64,000 bases of DNA from an uncultured Alphaproteobacteria bacterium (GCA_944392255.1 CALXVY010000002.1:11106-75105), one strand, 5' to 3'; counted from the first letter of the stretch, positions 29,775-40,133 are shown. Notes: generated by a model from the letters alone, not told the origin. A program made the numbers and translations.

Positions 29775-31412
29775 ATGTTTGTCAGCCTCAATAAAAAATT
29801 TATTTATACAATTGTAATCTTCTTTGCAATTACCGCCATGATATTCTTGTATTCATTTTATCTAACATACGGAATAAGATTTCAAAACGAATTAAAAGCC
29901 AACATCAGCCGTAATCAGCAATATATCAATTTGTTATATGAAAATAACTTAATGAGAAAAAAGCTCATTCAAATCGCCAAACAACATCCACAAATCAATC
30001 TTCCTAAAGAAATTGTTGCTCAAGATATTTTCAACTTAGAAAACACAATATCCAAAGAAAAAGAGCGTATACAGCAATTACAAGCAAGCTATGATGCTAG
30101 GTATGCTTCAATTTATGAGGGTATCAAAATTATTGCCGCCAGCGCTGTACTAATCATTTTATCATTGCTCCTACTTTGGTTTTTATTAAAGAGATGGGTG
30201 TTAACCCCCTTAAATATTTTAGCAGATGTAAGCAAAAACGTAACCAATGGTAATTTATCTCAGCGTGCCATACCCTATCGCACTCGTTATTTCTTAGATG
30301 AGACAGATTTTTTAATTGATACTTTTAATAACATGTTGGATAAATTAGAGCAAAGCATTTCGGAAATTCAAGAAGCCGAAAATTTTTTACAAAAGATTAT
30401 TGACGGTATTCCAGATGGTTTACGTGTAATAGACCAAAATTATAATATTATCATAGCCAACAAAGCCTATTATCAACAAGTCGGTTCTAAAGACAAAAGT
30501 TTAAGATGTTATGAAGCATCTCAACAAAGAAGTACCCCCTGCAATACCAACATTACCAGCTGTCCGTTAAAAGAAATCTGCCACAAAAAGAAAAAACATA
30601 TTCATGTTATTCAGCAATTTGCCCACAATCCCAACAAACATTTATACATCAACGCTGCGCCATTAAAAATTGAAAATAGACTATTGATAATTGAAATAAT
30701 CCGTGATTTAAGCGAAGATATTAAATTTTCACACCAACAAAAACTCTCTTCTTTAGGTTTTATGACAACTTCCGTTGCGCATGAAATGAAAAACCATTTA
30801 GGCGCCATAAGAATTATTATTGAGCGTTTACTTGAAAACCCAAATACATCGGCATCGGAGCAAACAAAACTCCTCAAACTTATCTTGCAACAAATTATAG
30901 AAAGCATTAATGTTCCCGAAAGACTATTAAAATTATCTCATTTATCGACAGACGAACATCAAAAAATAAATTGCTACGAAAATATTAAAGATGTTGTTGC
31001 CTTAATGGACTATGAGGCAAAAACCCACGGCATAAACATAACAATCGAAGGGGAAAAAGACGTAACGATTATCGGTAATGAAAATGACTTCAAAATGGTC
31101 ATCATAAATTTAATTCTTAATGCCATCAAAGCCGGCAAACCTGACGGAAACATTTTAATAAAAATAAGCGCAGATAAGCACCAAAATTTAATACAAGTAA
31201 TAGATGATGGCTGCGGTATTGCAGAAAATGTGCTGCCACACATATTTGATCCTTTCTATTCTGATGGCAAAGAAGGTTCTATAGGCGGAACCGGTTTAGG
31301 TTTGGCAATTGTAAAATCTATCATGGAAAAACATAAGGGTCATATTTCCGTTGAAAGCAAAATAGGAGTTGGAACTTCTTTTAACTTACAATTTCCAATA
31401 AACAAAAAATAA
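29775..31412 (+). CDS. sensor histidine kinase (TM + HAMP/PAS + HisKA + HATPase); no adjacent response regulator
   Basis: H-box TSVAHEMKNHLGAI; ATP-lid ...IQVIDDGCGIAENVLPHIFDPFYS...GGTGLGLAIVKSI...; N-terminal TM helices. Confidence 0.85.
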   Translation: MFVSLNKKFIYTIVIFFAITAMIFLYSFYLTYGIRFQNELKANISRNQQYINLLYENNLMRKKLIQIAKQHPQINLPKEIVAQDIFNLENTISKEKERIQQLQASYDARYASIYEGIKIIAASAVLIILSLLLLWFLLKRWVLTPLNILADVSKNVTNGNLSQRAIPYRTRYFLDETDFLIDTFNNMLDKLEQSISEIQEAENFLQKIIDGIPDGLRVIDQNYNIIIANKAYYQQVGSKDKSLRCYEASQQRSTPCNTNITSCPLKEICHKKKKHIHVIQQFAHNPNKHLYINAAPLKIENRLLIIEIIRDLSEDIKFSHQQKLSSLGFMTTSVAHEMKNHLGAIRIIIERLLENPNTSASEQTKLLKLILQQIIESINVPERLLKLSHLSTDEHQKINCYENIKDVVALMDYEAKTHGINITIEGEKDVTIIGNENDFKMVIINLILNAIKAGKPDGNILIKISADKHQNLIQVIDDGCGIAENVLPHIFDPFYSDGKEGSIGGTGLGLAIVKSIMEKHKGHISVESKIGVGTSFNLQFPINKK

Positions 31413-31483
31413 CATTGCAAAAATAAAAATATAGGGATATATATGAAGCAATAAATAAAAAAAGACAAATAAAGGATTGATTT

Positions 31484-31705
31484 ATGAGTAAAGAAGAACT
31501 TCTGGAATTAACCGGAGAAGTAATAGAAAAACTCCCTAATGCCATGTTTCGCGTCAAATTGGAAAATGGTGTAGAGATTTTGGCGCATACTGCCGGAAAA
31601 ATGCGTAAATTCCGCATTCGCGTCATGGTTGGAGATAAGGTAGATATTGAAATGACACCTTATGATTTAACCAAAGGCCGCATTACTTTTCGCCACAAAG
31701 ATTAA
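31484..31705 (+). CDS. infA: translation initiation factor IF-1
   Basis: 73 aa; ...[51 protein letters not shown]... Confidence 0.9.
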   Translation: MSKEELLELTGEVIEKLPNAMFRVKLENGVEILAHTAGKMRKFRIRVMVGDKVDIEMTPYDLTKGRITFRHKD

Positions 31706-31712
31706 AAATAAA

Positions 31713-31745
31713 ATCCCCGAAAATTCATTTCGGGGATTTTTTTTA
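31713..31745. terminator. bidirectional intrinsic terminator after infA
   Basis: ATCCCCGAAAATTCATTTCGGGGAT followed by TTTTTTTT. Confidence 0.6.
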
Positions 31746-31754
31746 GAGGTTAAC

Positions 31755-32372
31755 TTAAATATATTTAATCAAAGCAAAACTTCCGATTAACAAAACAAAA
31801 AACAAAATAGCGAGCATACCTAAATTTTTTTCAATAAATACTTTCATCGGCTCGCCATATTTTTTCAAAAGCCAAGCCACTAAAAAGAAACGTCCGCCAC
31901 GTGCCAATACAGAAGCAATGGTAAAGACAAACAAATCTAAGTGAACAACACCACTGGCAATTGTAATAACTTTATATGGGAAAGGTGTAATACCAGCCCC
32001 AAAAACAATCCAAGCCCCCCATTCATGATAGTAACCGCTAAAGACATCAAATTCATGCCCATAGCCATAAAAGTTCAAAAGAGGCATAGCCACTGCATCA
32101 AATAAAAACACCCCAATGGCATAACCAAAATATCCGCCTAAAACGCTAGCAACAGTAGTCACACCGGCAATTTTCCATGCTTTTTGCGGAGTTGCCAAGA
32201 CCATAGGAATAAGCATAACATCAGGCGGAATGGGAAAGAAAGAACTTTCGATAAAAGAAACCGCAAACAAAAAATACAAAGCTGTAGGGCGAGCCGCTAA
32301 ATTAAGCATATAATCATAACATTTTTGCACACACCCACGACTAAATCCTAAAATACGAGAAACAAGAACCAT
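31755..32372 (-). CDS. DedA/YqaA-family membrane protein
   Basis: 205 aa polytopic; ...YFLFAVSFIESSFFPIPPDVMLIPM... (SNARE-associated/DedA signature). Confidence 0.65.
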   Translation of the reverse strand: MVLVSRILGFSRGCVQKCYDYMLNLAARPTALYFLFAVSFIESSFFPIPPDVMLIPMVLATPQKAWKIAGVTTVASVLGGYFGYAIGVFLFDAVAMPLLNFYGYGHEFDVFSGYYHEWGAWIVFGAGITPFPYKVITIASGVVHLDLFVFTIASVLARGGRFFLVAWLLKKYGEPMKVFIEKNLGMLAILFFVLLIGSFALIKYI

Positions 32373-32387
32373 AATTTTTCCTTTATA

Positions 32388-33242
32388 TTAAATTTCCAAA
32401 TCATTTTGTTGAGCAAAAGCAGCAACAGTATTTTCCAAAAGCATAGCAATTGTCATCGGCCCAACCCCACCTGGAACAGGAGTAATATAAGCCGCTTTTT
32501 TAGAAACATCATCAAAATCAACATCGCCGCAAATTTTTCCATCAATACGATTAATTCCGACATCCACAACAAAAGCACCTTCTTTTATCCAAGAAGCTTT
32601 AATCATTTTAGGTTTACCACATGCGGCAATAACAATATCTGCTTGTTTAACAACATCTTCAATATTTTGGGTTTTGGAATGCACCACGGTAACCGTACAG
32701 TTATGATTAAGGAGCAATGCCGTCATAGGCTTTCCAACAATATTAGAGCGCCCTATTATCACCGCTGATTTACCGGTCAAATCAGAATAGACGCTATGCA
32801 GCATATATAAAATTCCTTTTGGAGTAGCCGGAACAATCGCTTGAGAAGAATTAGCCTGCAACAAACCAATATTATAAGGATTAAAACCATCAACATCTTT
32901 TTCTGGGCTAATATGCATTAAAATGCGCAAAGAATTAATTTGCTTTGGCAAGGGTAACTGCACTAAAATACCATGCACATGATGATCGTTATTAAGCTGA
33001 GAAATGAGTTCAATCAATTCGCGTTCGCTAACATTTTCATCTAAATGGTAAATATGACAATCCATTCCCACACTTTGGGCTGCCTTTTGTTTACTGCGAT
33101 CATAAATCAAACTGGCTTCATCATTACCCACAAGAATAACCGCCAAATTTGGTTTAAGAGGACAAGTTGCAATTTTCCGCGCAATATTTTCCTTAATTTT
33201 TGCGGCTAAAGCCTTACCATCAATTATATGAGCATCCACCAT
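32388..33242 (-). CDS. folD: bifunctional methylenetetrahydrofolate dehydrogenase/cyclohydrolase
   Basis: 284 aa; MVDAHIIDGKALAAKIKENI...LAVILVGNDEASLIY... Confidence 0.9.
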   Translation of the reverse strand: MVDAHIIDGKALAAKIKENIARKIATCPLKPNLAVILVGNDEASLIYDRSKQKAAQSVGMDCHIYHLDENVSERELIELISQLNNDHHVHGILVQLPLPKQINSLRILMHISPEKDVDGFNPYNIGLLQANSSQAIVPATPKGILYMLHSVYSDLTGKSAVIIGRSNIVGKPMTALLLNHNCTVTVVHSKTQNIEDVVKQADIVIAACGKPKMIKASWIKEGAFVVDVGINRIDGKICGDVDFDDVSKKAAYITPVPGGVGPMTIAMLLENTVAAFAQQNDLEI

Positions 33243-33243
33243 A

Positions 33244-33603
33244 TTAACCTCTCTGCGCCCATGCTAAAAGTTTTGAGATAATTTCGGAAGATTTATTATG
33301 CAGCAAAATTTTTTTATATTTATCCGTTTGTCCGGCAACAATTTCTATTTGATTTTTAGGAAGCTTTAATTCTTTGGCCAAAAAGCTTTGTAATTCAGAA
33401 TTTGCTTTACCCTTTTCTGGCACACTTACCACATTTATCTTCAGAAAATCATCTCCCTGAGCATCGGTAAAAATACCCTTTATCACACAAGAAGAAGAGT
33501 TAGGATTTAACCTAATTCTTAAAATTATGCCTTGCGCAACTTCATTATAAAACACAATTCTTGTATCCTTAAAATTAAGAAAGTAAGAATTGAGAAAGTA
33601 CAA
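33244..33603 (-). CDS. DUF167 (YggU) family protein; the true start is probably downstream of the ORF-track start
   Basis: ...VPEKGKANSELQSFLAKELKLPKNQIEIVAGQTDKYKKIL...; ORF-track start overlaps yggT by 29 nt. Confidence 0.55.
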   Translation of the reverse strand: MYFLNSYFLNFKDTRIVFYNEVAQGIILRIRLNPNSSSCVIKGIFTDAQGDDFLKINVVSVPEKGKANSELQSFLAKELKLPKNQIEIVAGQTDKYKKILLHNKSSEIISKLLAWAQRG

Positions 33604-33883
33604 AAATCAAACGGCTGATAAACAACAAAACCAGCAACAAGACAAACGGAGAAAAGTCAAAATTGCTGAAGACCACAGCCGGAAATTTCTCTTTAATTTT
33701 CTCATACACCGGATGTGTTGCCTTTTCTAAAAGTTCCATTGTTTTCTGAGAATATTTATTAGATGTCTCCAAAATTTTGAAATGAATTAACCAATGTAAA
33801 ATAATCTCAATAATCACAATTTTGAAATACAAACTAACAATCAAACCAATAATATATAAGAAAGGTTCAAATAAAGCACCCAT
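33575..33883 (-). CDS. yggT: YggT-family membrane protein
   Basis: 102 aa, 2 TM; paired with the DUF167 gene as in many bacteria. Confidence 0.6.
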   Translation of the reverse strand: MGALFEPFLYIIGLIVSLYFKIVIIEIILHWLIHFKILETSNKYSQKTMELLEKATHPVYEKIKEKFPAVVFSNFDFSPFVLLLVLLFISRLIFVLSQFLLS

Positions 33884-33895
33884 AATTAAAACTCC

Positions 33896-35128
33896 TTAAG
33901 CCATCTGTTGAGCATTCAATCGTTTTTTAAGAGCAATATATCGGTTCATATCAAACGATTGTATTCTTTCTTTGTTAACTGATTGTGGCGCAATTGAGCT
34001 TGTTTGTCTACCTCTAAGTTCATTTATCCTCTTAATAACATCAGATTTAGACTGAGATTGTATATTTTTCTGTAAAATTTCTTCGCTCATACTATAATCA
34101 GGAACAAAAGATTTGACCCCGAGCTTATACAAAATCTTATCGGGAACATCTTTGTCACGACGTCTATACTCGAGCACAGCCCCACAAACATTACGTCGGA
34201 TTTGTTCTTCTTCGGTGAAATACCCATGATTTTGAGAAGTATTAGCCACCTTAACCAAGTTCATCATTTCCATATGCTTAGCATAGGCCTCTGACAAGGC
34301 ATTATCAGGATGAATTCTATTAAGGAAGCGCAAATCATTAGCCCGACGCAACATATATTCTTGATAACGTTGCTTACGAAGCTGGTTAGCTTTATCCATC
34401 TCATCTACAGCAGCCATAGCAATCAAGGTTTGAGCCATCATCAAACTTGCTTTATATTCCATATCAGAATAAAGAGTTTTATTATCCTCTTGCTCAATCA
34501 TACGCTGATATTCTAAAGCCAAACGTTTTTCCTCTTCTTTGGCCTGACGTTCAGCCTCAGCTTCTTCGCGGCTTTTAGTTGAAGCAATAACCGCGCTGCG
34601 AAGTTGCTGAAGTTTAGCAAGTTTTAACTGCAAAAAATCAAGACGTTCTTTAGCTTTTGAAGAATTAGATGCGGCATACAAAGCCATATAGACACGCATT
34701 TCAGTTTCACGCTCATCCAAAGTCGACAAGAAATTTTCACGAAAATCTATATCGGCATCCGTTATATTGCCATCAGTCATATCATGAATGACTTTTCCTG
34801 CATCTTCAATCCAATAAAAATATTCATTCTGGGGAGCAACTTCATTTTCAATTGATTGGATGGAATTAGCCACAATAAAAGCAAAATCTTCCAAATTTTT
34901 ATCAAGAGGAAGGTTTTCTCCATCAACGACACGTTTTAATACTTCTTTAGCTTTTTCTTTTTCCGGACCTTTCAAATCGGGACGAGCACGCTCAACTCCT
35001 TTTTCAATAATGTCCATTTTTTTCTTTTCTTTTTCAGGATTTTTTCGAGTAAGCTCTGCTTTTGAGAGCTCTTTTTTATCTTTATCCTCGGAAGAAGAAA
35101 TGCCTCTAAGTTCCTTAATATCAACCAT
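33896..35128 (-). CDS. hypothetical highly charged coiled-coil protein (410 aa)
   Basis: K/E-rich N-terminus (KEKKKM, KEKAKE), central ...REEAEAERQAKEEEKRLALEYQRMIEQ...; no TM, signal peptide or known catalytic motif recognised. Confidence 0.5.
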   Translation of the reverse strand: MVDIKELRGISSSEDKDKKELSKAELTRKNPEKEKKKMDIIEKGVERARPDLKGPEKEKAKEVLKRVVDGENLPLDKNLEDFAFIVANSIQSIENEVAPQNEYFYWIEDAGKVIHDMTDGNITDADIDFRENFLSTLDERETEMRVYMALYAASNSSKAKERLDFLQLKLAKLQQLRSAVIASTKSREEAEAERQAKEEEKRLALEYQRMIEQEDNKTLYSDMEYKASLMMAQTLIAMAAVDEMDKANQLRKQRYQEYMLRRANDLRFLNRIHPDNALSEAYAKHMEMMNLVKVANTSQNHGYFTEEEQIRRNVCGAVLEYRRRDKDVPDKILYKLGVKSFVPDYSMSEEILQKNIQSQSKSDVIKRINELRGRQTSSIAPQSVNKERIQSFDMNRYIALKKRLNAQQMA

Positions 35129-35142
35129 AAATTTTCCTCAAA

Positions 35143-35589
35143 TTATGCTTCTTCGAAAATAAGTTTAGCTTCCTCGAGCCAAATAACACGATCAATTACC
35201 CATTGGCTGATTTGTTCGATTTTTTCCAATTCGACACCCATAGCTTGCCCGACACGACCGATAAGCAAAACTTCTGCATCACTCAACTCATTATCAGCAT
35301 GAGCTAAAATGCACATTTCTTTGATAAGTTCCAAAGCGGCACGACGATTATCAATAATTTTAACGGCATTAACCACATCATCAATATTATTGATTTGCAA
35401 AATTTCTTGTACTCTGGTTTGAGGCACGCCATAAATGACGGCAACATCCTGAATAAACTCAATCTCCTCTTTATCAAGCTTTCCATCGGCATTGGCCAAA
35501 GAAGCCAGAGCTTTCATAAAAGCGATTCTTTGATTGTCATTCAGTTTTGACAAGATGTTCATATTCATCTCCATTCCTAAATTACTCAT
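35143..35589 (-). CDS. TerB-like (tellurite-resistance TerB / DjlA N-terminal-like) small protein
   Basis: 148 aa with two TerB-type repeats (...ALASLANADGKLDKEEIEFIQ... and ...CILAHADNELSDAEVLLI...); 14 nt upstream of the 410-aa gene. Confidence 0.45.
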   Translation of the reverse strand: MSNLGMEMNMNILSKLNDNQRIAFMKALASLANADGKLDKEEIEFIQDVAVIYGVPQTRVQEILQINNIDDVVNAVKIIDNRRAALELIKEMCILAHADNELSDAEVLLIGRVGQAMGVELEKIEQISQWVIDRVIWLEEAKLIFEEA

Positions 35590-35772
35590 TTGTTATTCTC
35601 CTAAATATAATTCATGATAGCGTAAAAAAAATTAAAATTTCAATAAAAAAGAATACTTAAAAAGAGATTTACAAAAAAAAGCAGCTTTGCTCTGAGAAAA
35701 CATTTGAAATTATCAAGAGAATACCCTAAAATATAGATTTAAAGAGCTATTGAAGATTATTAGGAATCAAAC

Positions 35773-37110
35773 GTGAATAAAAAACACTATTATATCAAAA
35801 CTTTTGGCTGCCAAATGAATGTCTACGATTCTCTGCGCATTGCCAATATCTTAGAAACTTTAGGCTATGCATCAACCAACACGCCTAAATCTGCAGATTT
35901 GATAATTTTTAACACCTGCCACATCAGAGAAAAAGCCGCAGAAAAAGTTTTTTCTGATTTAGGTCGTGCTTATGCAATAAAGCAAGAAAGGGCCGCTGAA
36001 GGAAAAGACACCATTATCGGTGTCATGGGTTGCGTTGTTCAAGCAGAAGATGAACAAATTGCCAAACGAGCTCCCTTTGTTGATTTTGCCACAGGACCGC
36101 TGACCTACCACCGTTTGCCGGAAATCTTAGCTAAAATCGGACGTAAAAAAGGTACTACAATAATAGATACTGAATTTCCGGTAGAATCAAAATTTGACTT
36201 TTTACCTGAAAATCATTCAGCCGGAGGTTGTTCTTATATTGCCATTCAAGAAGGATGCAACAATTTCTGCACCTATTGTGTTGTCCCTTATACTCGTGGT
36301 GTGGAATGCTCCCGTCCGGTGGAAGATGTTTTGCAAGAAGCCAAACGCTTGGTTTCCGAAGGAACTCTAGAAATCAATTTGTTGGGACAAAATGTTAATT
36401 CTTATCATGGTGAAGATAAAAACGGAAAAGAACGCAACCTAGCCTATTTGCTGAGAGAAATAGCTAACATAGATGGACTAAAGCGCATTCGTTACACCAC
36501 CTCATATCCGGCAGATGTTGATGACGATTTAGTCGCTTGCCACCATGACTTAAAACAATTGATGCCTTATCTTCATTTGCCAATCCAATCCGGTTCAGAC
36601 AAAATCTTAAAAGCCATGAATAGAAGACACAATTCCGCTGATTATTTGCGCGTTGTAGAAAAACTGCAAAAAGCTAATCCTGATTTGCGCATGTCATCAG
36701 ATTTCATCGTCGGCTTCCCCGGAGAAGATGATGCCGATTTTCAAGCAACATTAGACATTGTAAATCAAGTCAAATTTATTCAGGCATTTTCTTTCAAATA
36801 TAGCAGACGAGCAGGAACTCCCGCTGCTATTATGAAAAATCAAGTTGAAGAAAAAGTCAAAAAAGAACGTTTAGATATTTTGCAAGATTTACTCTTTTCT
36901 TACCAGCGCAAATTCAATGAAGAAAGCGTGGGAAAAGTTATGCCGGTTTTGTTTGATATGAAAGGCCGACACGCCGGACAACTCATCGGTCGCACACCAT
37001 ATATGCAAAATTTGCATGCTAATTTAGGAAAAGAATTCTTAAACAAAATTGTTAATGTAAAAGTAACGGAAGCCACCACCAATTCATTAAGTGGCATAAA
37101 GGAGGGTTAA
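35773..37110 (+). CDS. miaB: tRNA-i6A37 methylthiotransferase (GTG start)
   Basis: MNKKHYYIKTFGCQMNVYDS...; radical-SAM CxxxCxxC (CNNFCTYC). Confidence 0.9.
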   Translation: MNKKHYYIKTFGCQMNVYDSLRIANILETLGYASTNTPKSADLIIFNTCHIREKAAEKVFSDLGRAYAIKQERAAEGKDTIIGVMGCVVQAEDEQIAKRAPFVDFATGPLTYHRLPEILAKIGRKKGTTIIDTEFPVESKFDFLPENHSAGGCSYIAIQEGCNNFCTYCVVPYTRGVECSRPVEDVLQEAKRLVSEGTLEINLLGQNVNSYHGEDKNGKERNLAYLLREIANIDGLKRIRYTTSYPADVDDDLVACHHDLKQLMPYLHLPIQSGSDKILKAMNRRHNSADYLRVVEKLQKANPDLRMSSDFIVGFPGEDDADFQATLDIVNQVKFIQAFSFKYSRRAGTPAAIMKNQVEEKVKKERLDILQDLLFSYQRKFNEESVGKVMPVLFDMKGRHAGQLIGRTPYMQNLHANLGKEFLNKIVNVKVTEATTNSLSGIKEG

Positions 37111-37113
37111 ACC

Positions 37114-38082
37114 ATGGCAGAAATCAGCTTTGAACTTTTTAACAATGTTCTGGTACAACAACTTGTCGGACCGCAAGATGACAATCTGCGTTTGATAGAA
37201 AAAATGACCGGAACAGAAATTTCTTCTTTTGGCAATCAGATAAACATTAAAGGAAACCAAGATGCCATAACTTTAGCCAAGAATGCCATAGACACCCTAT
37301 ATAACAAAGTCAGCCGCGGCATTGAAATTGGTGAAGAAGAAGTAAAAGCCGCAGTTAGAATGAGCGGAGGCAACGTCGGAGATAATAGCACGGAACAAAA
37401 TTTAAGTGATATTGTCCTCAAGACCAAAAAACGCCATATTTACCCAAGAACCGCCACCCAAGCTCAATACATTCAAGAGATGATGAAAAATGAACTTGTT
37501 TTTGGCTTAGGACCTGCCGGTACAGGTAAAACCTACTTAGCCGTAGCTTTGGCCGTATCTATGATGTTGGAAGGAAAAATTGACAAGATTATTTTGTCTC
37601 GTCCGGCAGTCGAAGCTGGTGAAAACTTAGGTTTTCTCCCCGGAGATTTAAAAGAAAAAGTAGACCCGTATTTACGTCCCTTGTATGATGCTTTATACGA
37701 GATGTTACCGGCAGAACAAGTAGATAAAAAAATAGCTATCGGTGAAATTGAAGTTGCACCTTTGGCTTTCATGCGTGGTCGTACTTTGACCAATGCCTTT
37801 GTTATTTTGGACGAGGCTCAAAATACCACCCCAATGCAAATGAAAATGTTTTTAACCCGTATGGGTGAAAATTCCCGCATGGTTGTTAATGGCGACTTAA
37901 GTCAGGTAGACTTACCCAAAGGCACTATCTCCGGTTTGCGCGATGCCTTGGATATTTTGAAAAATACTCAAGGCATAAGTTCCGTACGCTTCACGGCAAC
38001 CGATGTGGTTAGACATGGCCTTGTTGCCAAAATTGTCAAAGCCTATGAAGAAAGGAGCCAAAAGACCTATGGCGAAGAATAA
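37114..38082 (+). CDS. ybeZ: PhoH-like ATPase
   Basis: Walker A GPAGTGKTYLAVALAV; miaB-phoH-ybeY order. Confidence 0.9.
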   Translation: MAEISFELFNNVLVQQLVGPQDDNLRLIEKMTGTEISSFGNQINIKGNQDAITLAKNAIDTLYNKVSRGIEIGEEEVKAAVRMSGGNVGDNSTEQNLSDIVLKTKKRHIYPRTATQAQYIQEMMKNELVFGLGPAGTGKTYLAVALAVSMMLEGKIDKIILSRPAVEAGENLGFLPGDLKEKVDPYLRPLYDALYEMLPAEQVDKKIAIGEIEVAPLAFMRGRTLTNAFVILDEAQNTTPMQMKMFLTRMGENSRMVVNGDLSQVDLPKGTISGLRDALDILKNTQGISSVRFTATDVVRHGLVAKIVKAYEERSQKTYGEE

Positions 38083-38596
38083 TTTTGAGCTCAATATTGA
38101 TATTGAAGAAGAGGGCTGGATAAAAGCCCTCCCTTCTTTACAAGACTTATCAGAACAAATCTTTGATGCCGTTTTAACTTATGTAAAGGCTCATGAAGAT
38201 ATAGATTTTTTGCAAATGGATAAACCCATTTGTGTGAACTTAGCTTTAAGTAATGACGAGAATATTCATCGGCTGAATGCTGAGTTTCGACATATGGACA
38301 AACCCACTAATGTTCTCTCTTTTGCCAATATAGATGATGAAAGTTTTGCGGATGAAATCAAAATTGCCCCACAAATTGAACTTGGTGACATCATGATTGC
38401 ACTAGAAACCATGCAACGCGAAGCTCAAGAAAAAGGCATCAGTTTACATGACCATTATTGCCATTTATTCATTCATGGTCTTTTACATCTTTTAGGTTTT
38501 GACCATATTGAAGATGATGAAGCTGAATATATGGAAAGTTTTGAAATTGCCATTTTGGCACAAATGAATATGGAAAATCCATATAAGGAAGATTAG
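38069..38596 (+). CDS. ybeY: endoribonuclease YbeY
   Basis: HLFIHGLLHLLGFDH zinc motif; start at MAKNNFELNIDIEEEG (14-nt overlap with phoH end). Confidence 0.85.
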   Translation: MAKNNFELNIDIEEEGWIKALPSLQDLSEQIFDAVLTYVKAHEDIDFLQMDKPICVNLALSNDENIHRLNAEFRHMDKPTNVLSFANIDDESFADEIKIAPQIELGDIMIALETMQREAQEKGISLHDHYCHLFIHGLLHLLGFDHIEDDEAEYMESFEIAILAQMNMENPYKED

Positions 38597-38597
38597 T

Positions 38598-40133
38598 TTG
38601 CGTTTATTTTCAGCAACATTAGATTGGCTTTTGTCTCAAAAAAAGACCTTATGTTTAGCACTTGGCATTATGTCTGCGAGTGCTCTTCCGCCTTTTTATG
38701 CTTTTCCGATTTTATTTTTAACCTTCTCATCACTGCTGTTAATTTTAAATACAGCAAAAGATAAGAAGCAAAGTTTTGCTTATGGTTATTGGTTTGGCTT
38801 TGGCTACTTTGCCTGCAATTTATCATGGATTGGCAATGCTGTCCTAATAGATGCCGCTAAACTTGGATGGTTATTTCCGATAATTATTCTTGCCGCCGGC
38901 GGTTTTTTTGGACTTTTCACCGCCCTACCGGCATTATTAAGTAATTTATTTAAATCTTTCTATTCACGTTGGTTGGCATTTGCCGCTTGGTGGAGCCTTT
39001 TTGAATGGATAAGAAGCTTTATATTCACCGGTTTTCCATGGAACTTACTCGGTTCTGTTTTATCTTTCAACCTGACATTATTACAGGCTGCCTCTATAAT
39101 CGGAACATATGGCCTTTCTTTGGCTGTACTTCTTATATGCTCCGCCCCTGCCCTGATATTTTATTATCGAAATAAAAAAAGTATCATAATCTCTCTGGGA
39201 AGTATATTACTTATATTTGGAATACTTATAGGTTATGGAACATATCATTTATCAAGCATGAAAGATACCCCTTCGGATACAAAAATTCGCTTAGTACAAC
39301 CGGCAATTCCTCAAAAAATGAAATGGAATCGTCAAAAATTAGAACAAAATTTTGAACAATATATCAATATGTCAAAACAAGACGGACTAGAAGATATAGA
39401 CTTCGTTATCTGGGGAGAAACAGCAACACCTTTTGCTCTCGATTTTGAACCCCAATATTTAAATAAAATAACTCAGGCTATTCCAAGCAACGGTTACTTG
39501 ATAACCGGTCTGGTTCGATATGAATTTCAGGAAGGAGATTTTCATCCGCTTAATTCCTCTTTTATAATTGATAAAAGCGGAAAAATAAGAAACTATTATG
39601 ATAAAATTCATCTTGTTCCATTTGGAGAATATATTCCGTTTCGGCGTTATTTTCCGGAATGGATTACACCAATAACCAATACTATAACAGATTTCCTCGC
39701 CGGAGACGGACACAAATCCATAAAAATGGATAAACAACCAAGCTTTGGAATATCCATTTGTTATGAAATTATTTTTCCACATCAAATTATCAATCCCAAG
39801 GACAAACCGGACTGGCTCATCAATCTGACCAATGATGGTTGGTATGGCATTTCTCAAGGTCCATATCAACATTTAGTCACAACGCAATTACGTGCCATAG
39901 AAGAAGGAAGAAGCATTGTCCGCGCCGCTAATACCGGAATCAGTGCCGTGATAAATCCATATGGAAAAATCTTAGCTAAAATAGATTTAAATAAAACAGA
40001 TATTAGAGATATAAATTTGCCTCAACAAATATCAATTGATACAATTTATGGAAAAATTGGCAATTATATACCTCTTATATTATGTTTATTGAATATACTA
40101 ATTGCATTTGCAATTAAAAATAAACATAGCTAA
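38598..40133 (+). CDS. lnt: apolipoprotein N-acyltransferase
   Basis: 511 aa; multi-TM N-terminal half plus C-terminal CN-hydrolase domain (...WGETATPF...ICYEIIFPH...). Confidence 0.85.
   Translation: MRLFSATLDWLLSQKKTLCLALGIMSASALPPFYAFPILFLTFSSLLLILNTAKDKKQSFAYGYWFGFGYFACNLSWIGNAVLIDAAKLGWLFPIIILAAGGFFGLFTALPALLSNLFKSFYSRWLAFAAWWSLFEWIRSFIFTGFPWNLLGSVLSFNLTLLQAASIIGTYGLSLAVLLICSAPALIFYYRNKKSIIISLGSILLIFGILIGYGTYHLSSMKDTPSDTKIRLVQPAIPQKMKWNRQKLEQNFEQYINMSKQDGLEDIDFVIWGETATPFALDFEPQYLNKITQAIPSNGYLITGLVRYEFQEGDFHPLNSSFIIDKSGKIRNYYDKIHLVPFGEYIPFRRYFPEWITPITNTITDFLAGDGHKSIKMDKQPSFGISICYEIIFPHQIINPKDKPDWLINLTNDGWYGISQGPYQHLVTTQLRAIEEGRSIVRAANTGISAVINPYGKILAKIDLNKTDIRDINLPQQISIDTIYGKIGNYIPLILCLLNILIAFAIKNKHS

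Noticed and set aside
24352-35128. Shared MVDIKE N-terminus, with 15 of 18 identical nucleotides, between lptC (24352) and the 410-aa hypothetical protein (35128)
   Set aside because: Similarity does not extend beyond the first 6-7 codons. Most likely coincidence in an AT-rich genome, not a duplication.
38596-38600. Expected corC/tlyC-like CBS-domain gene between ybeY and lnt, as in many proteobacteria, is absent
   Set aside because: ybeY stop and lnt start are adjacent with no room for a gene. Absence may simply reflect lineage-specific gene order and cannot be judged without the rest of the genome.
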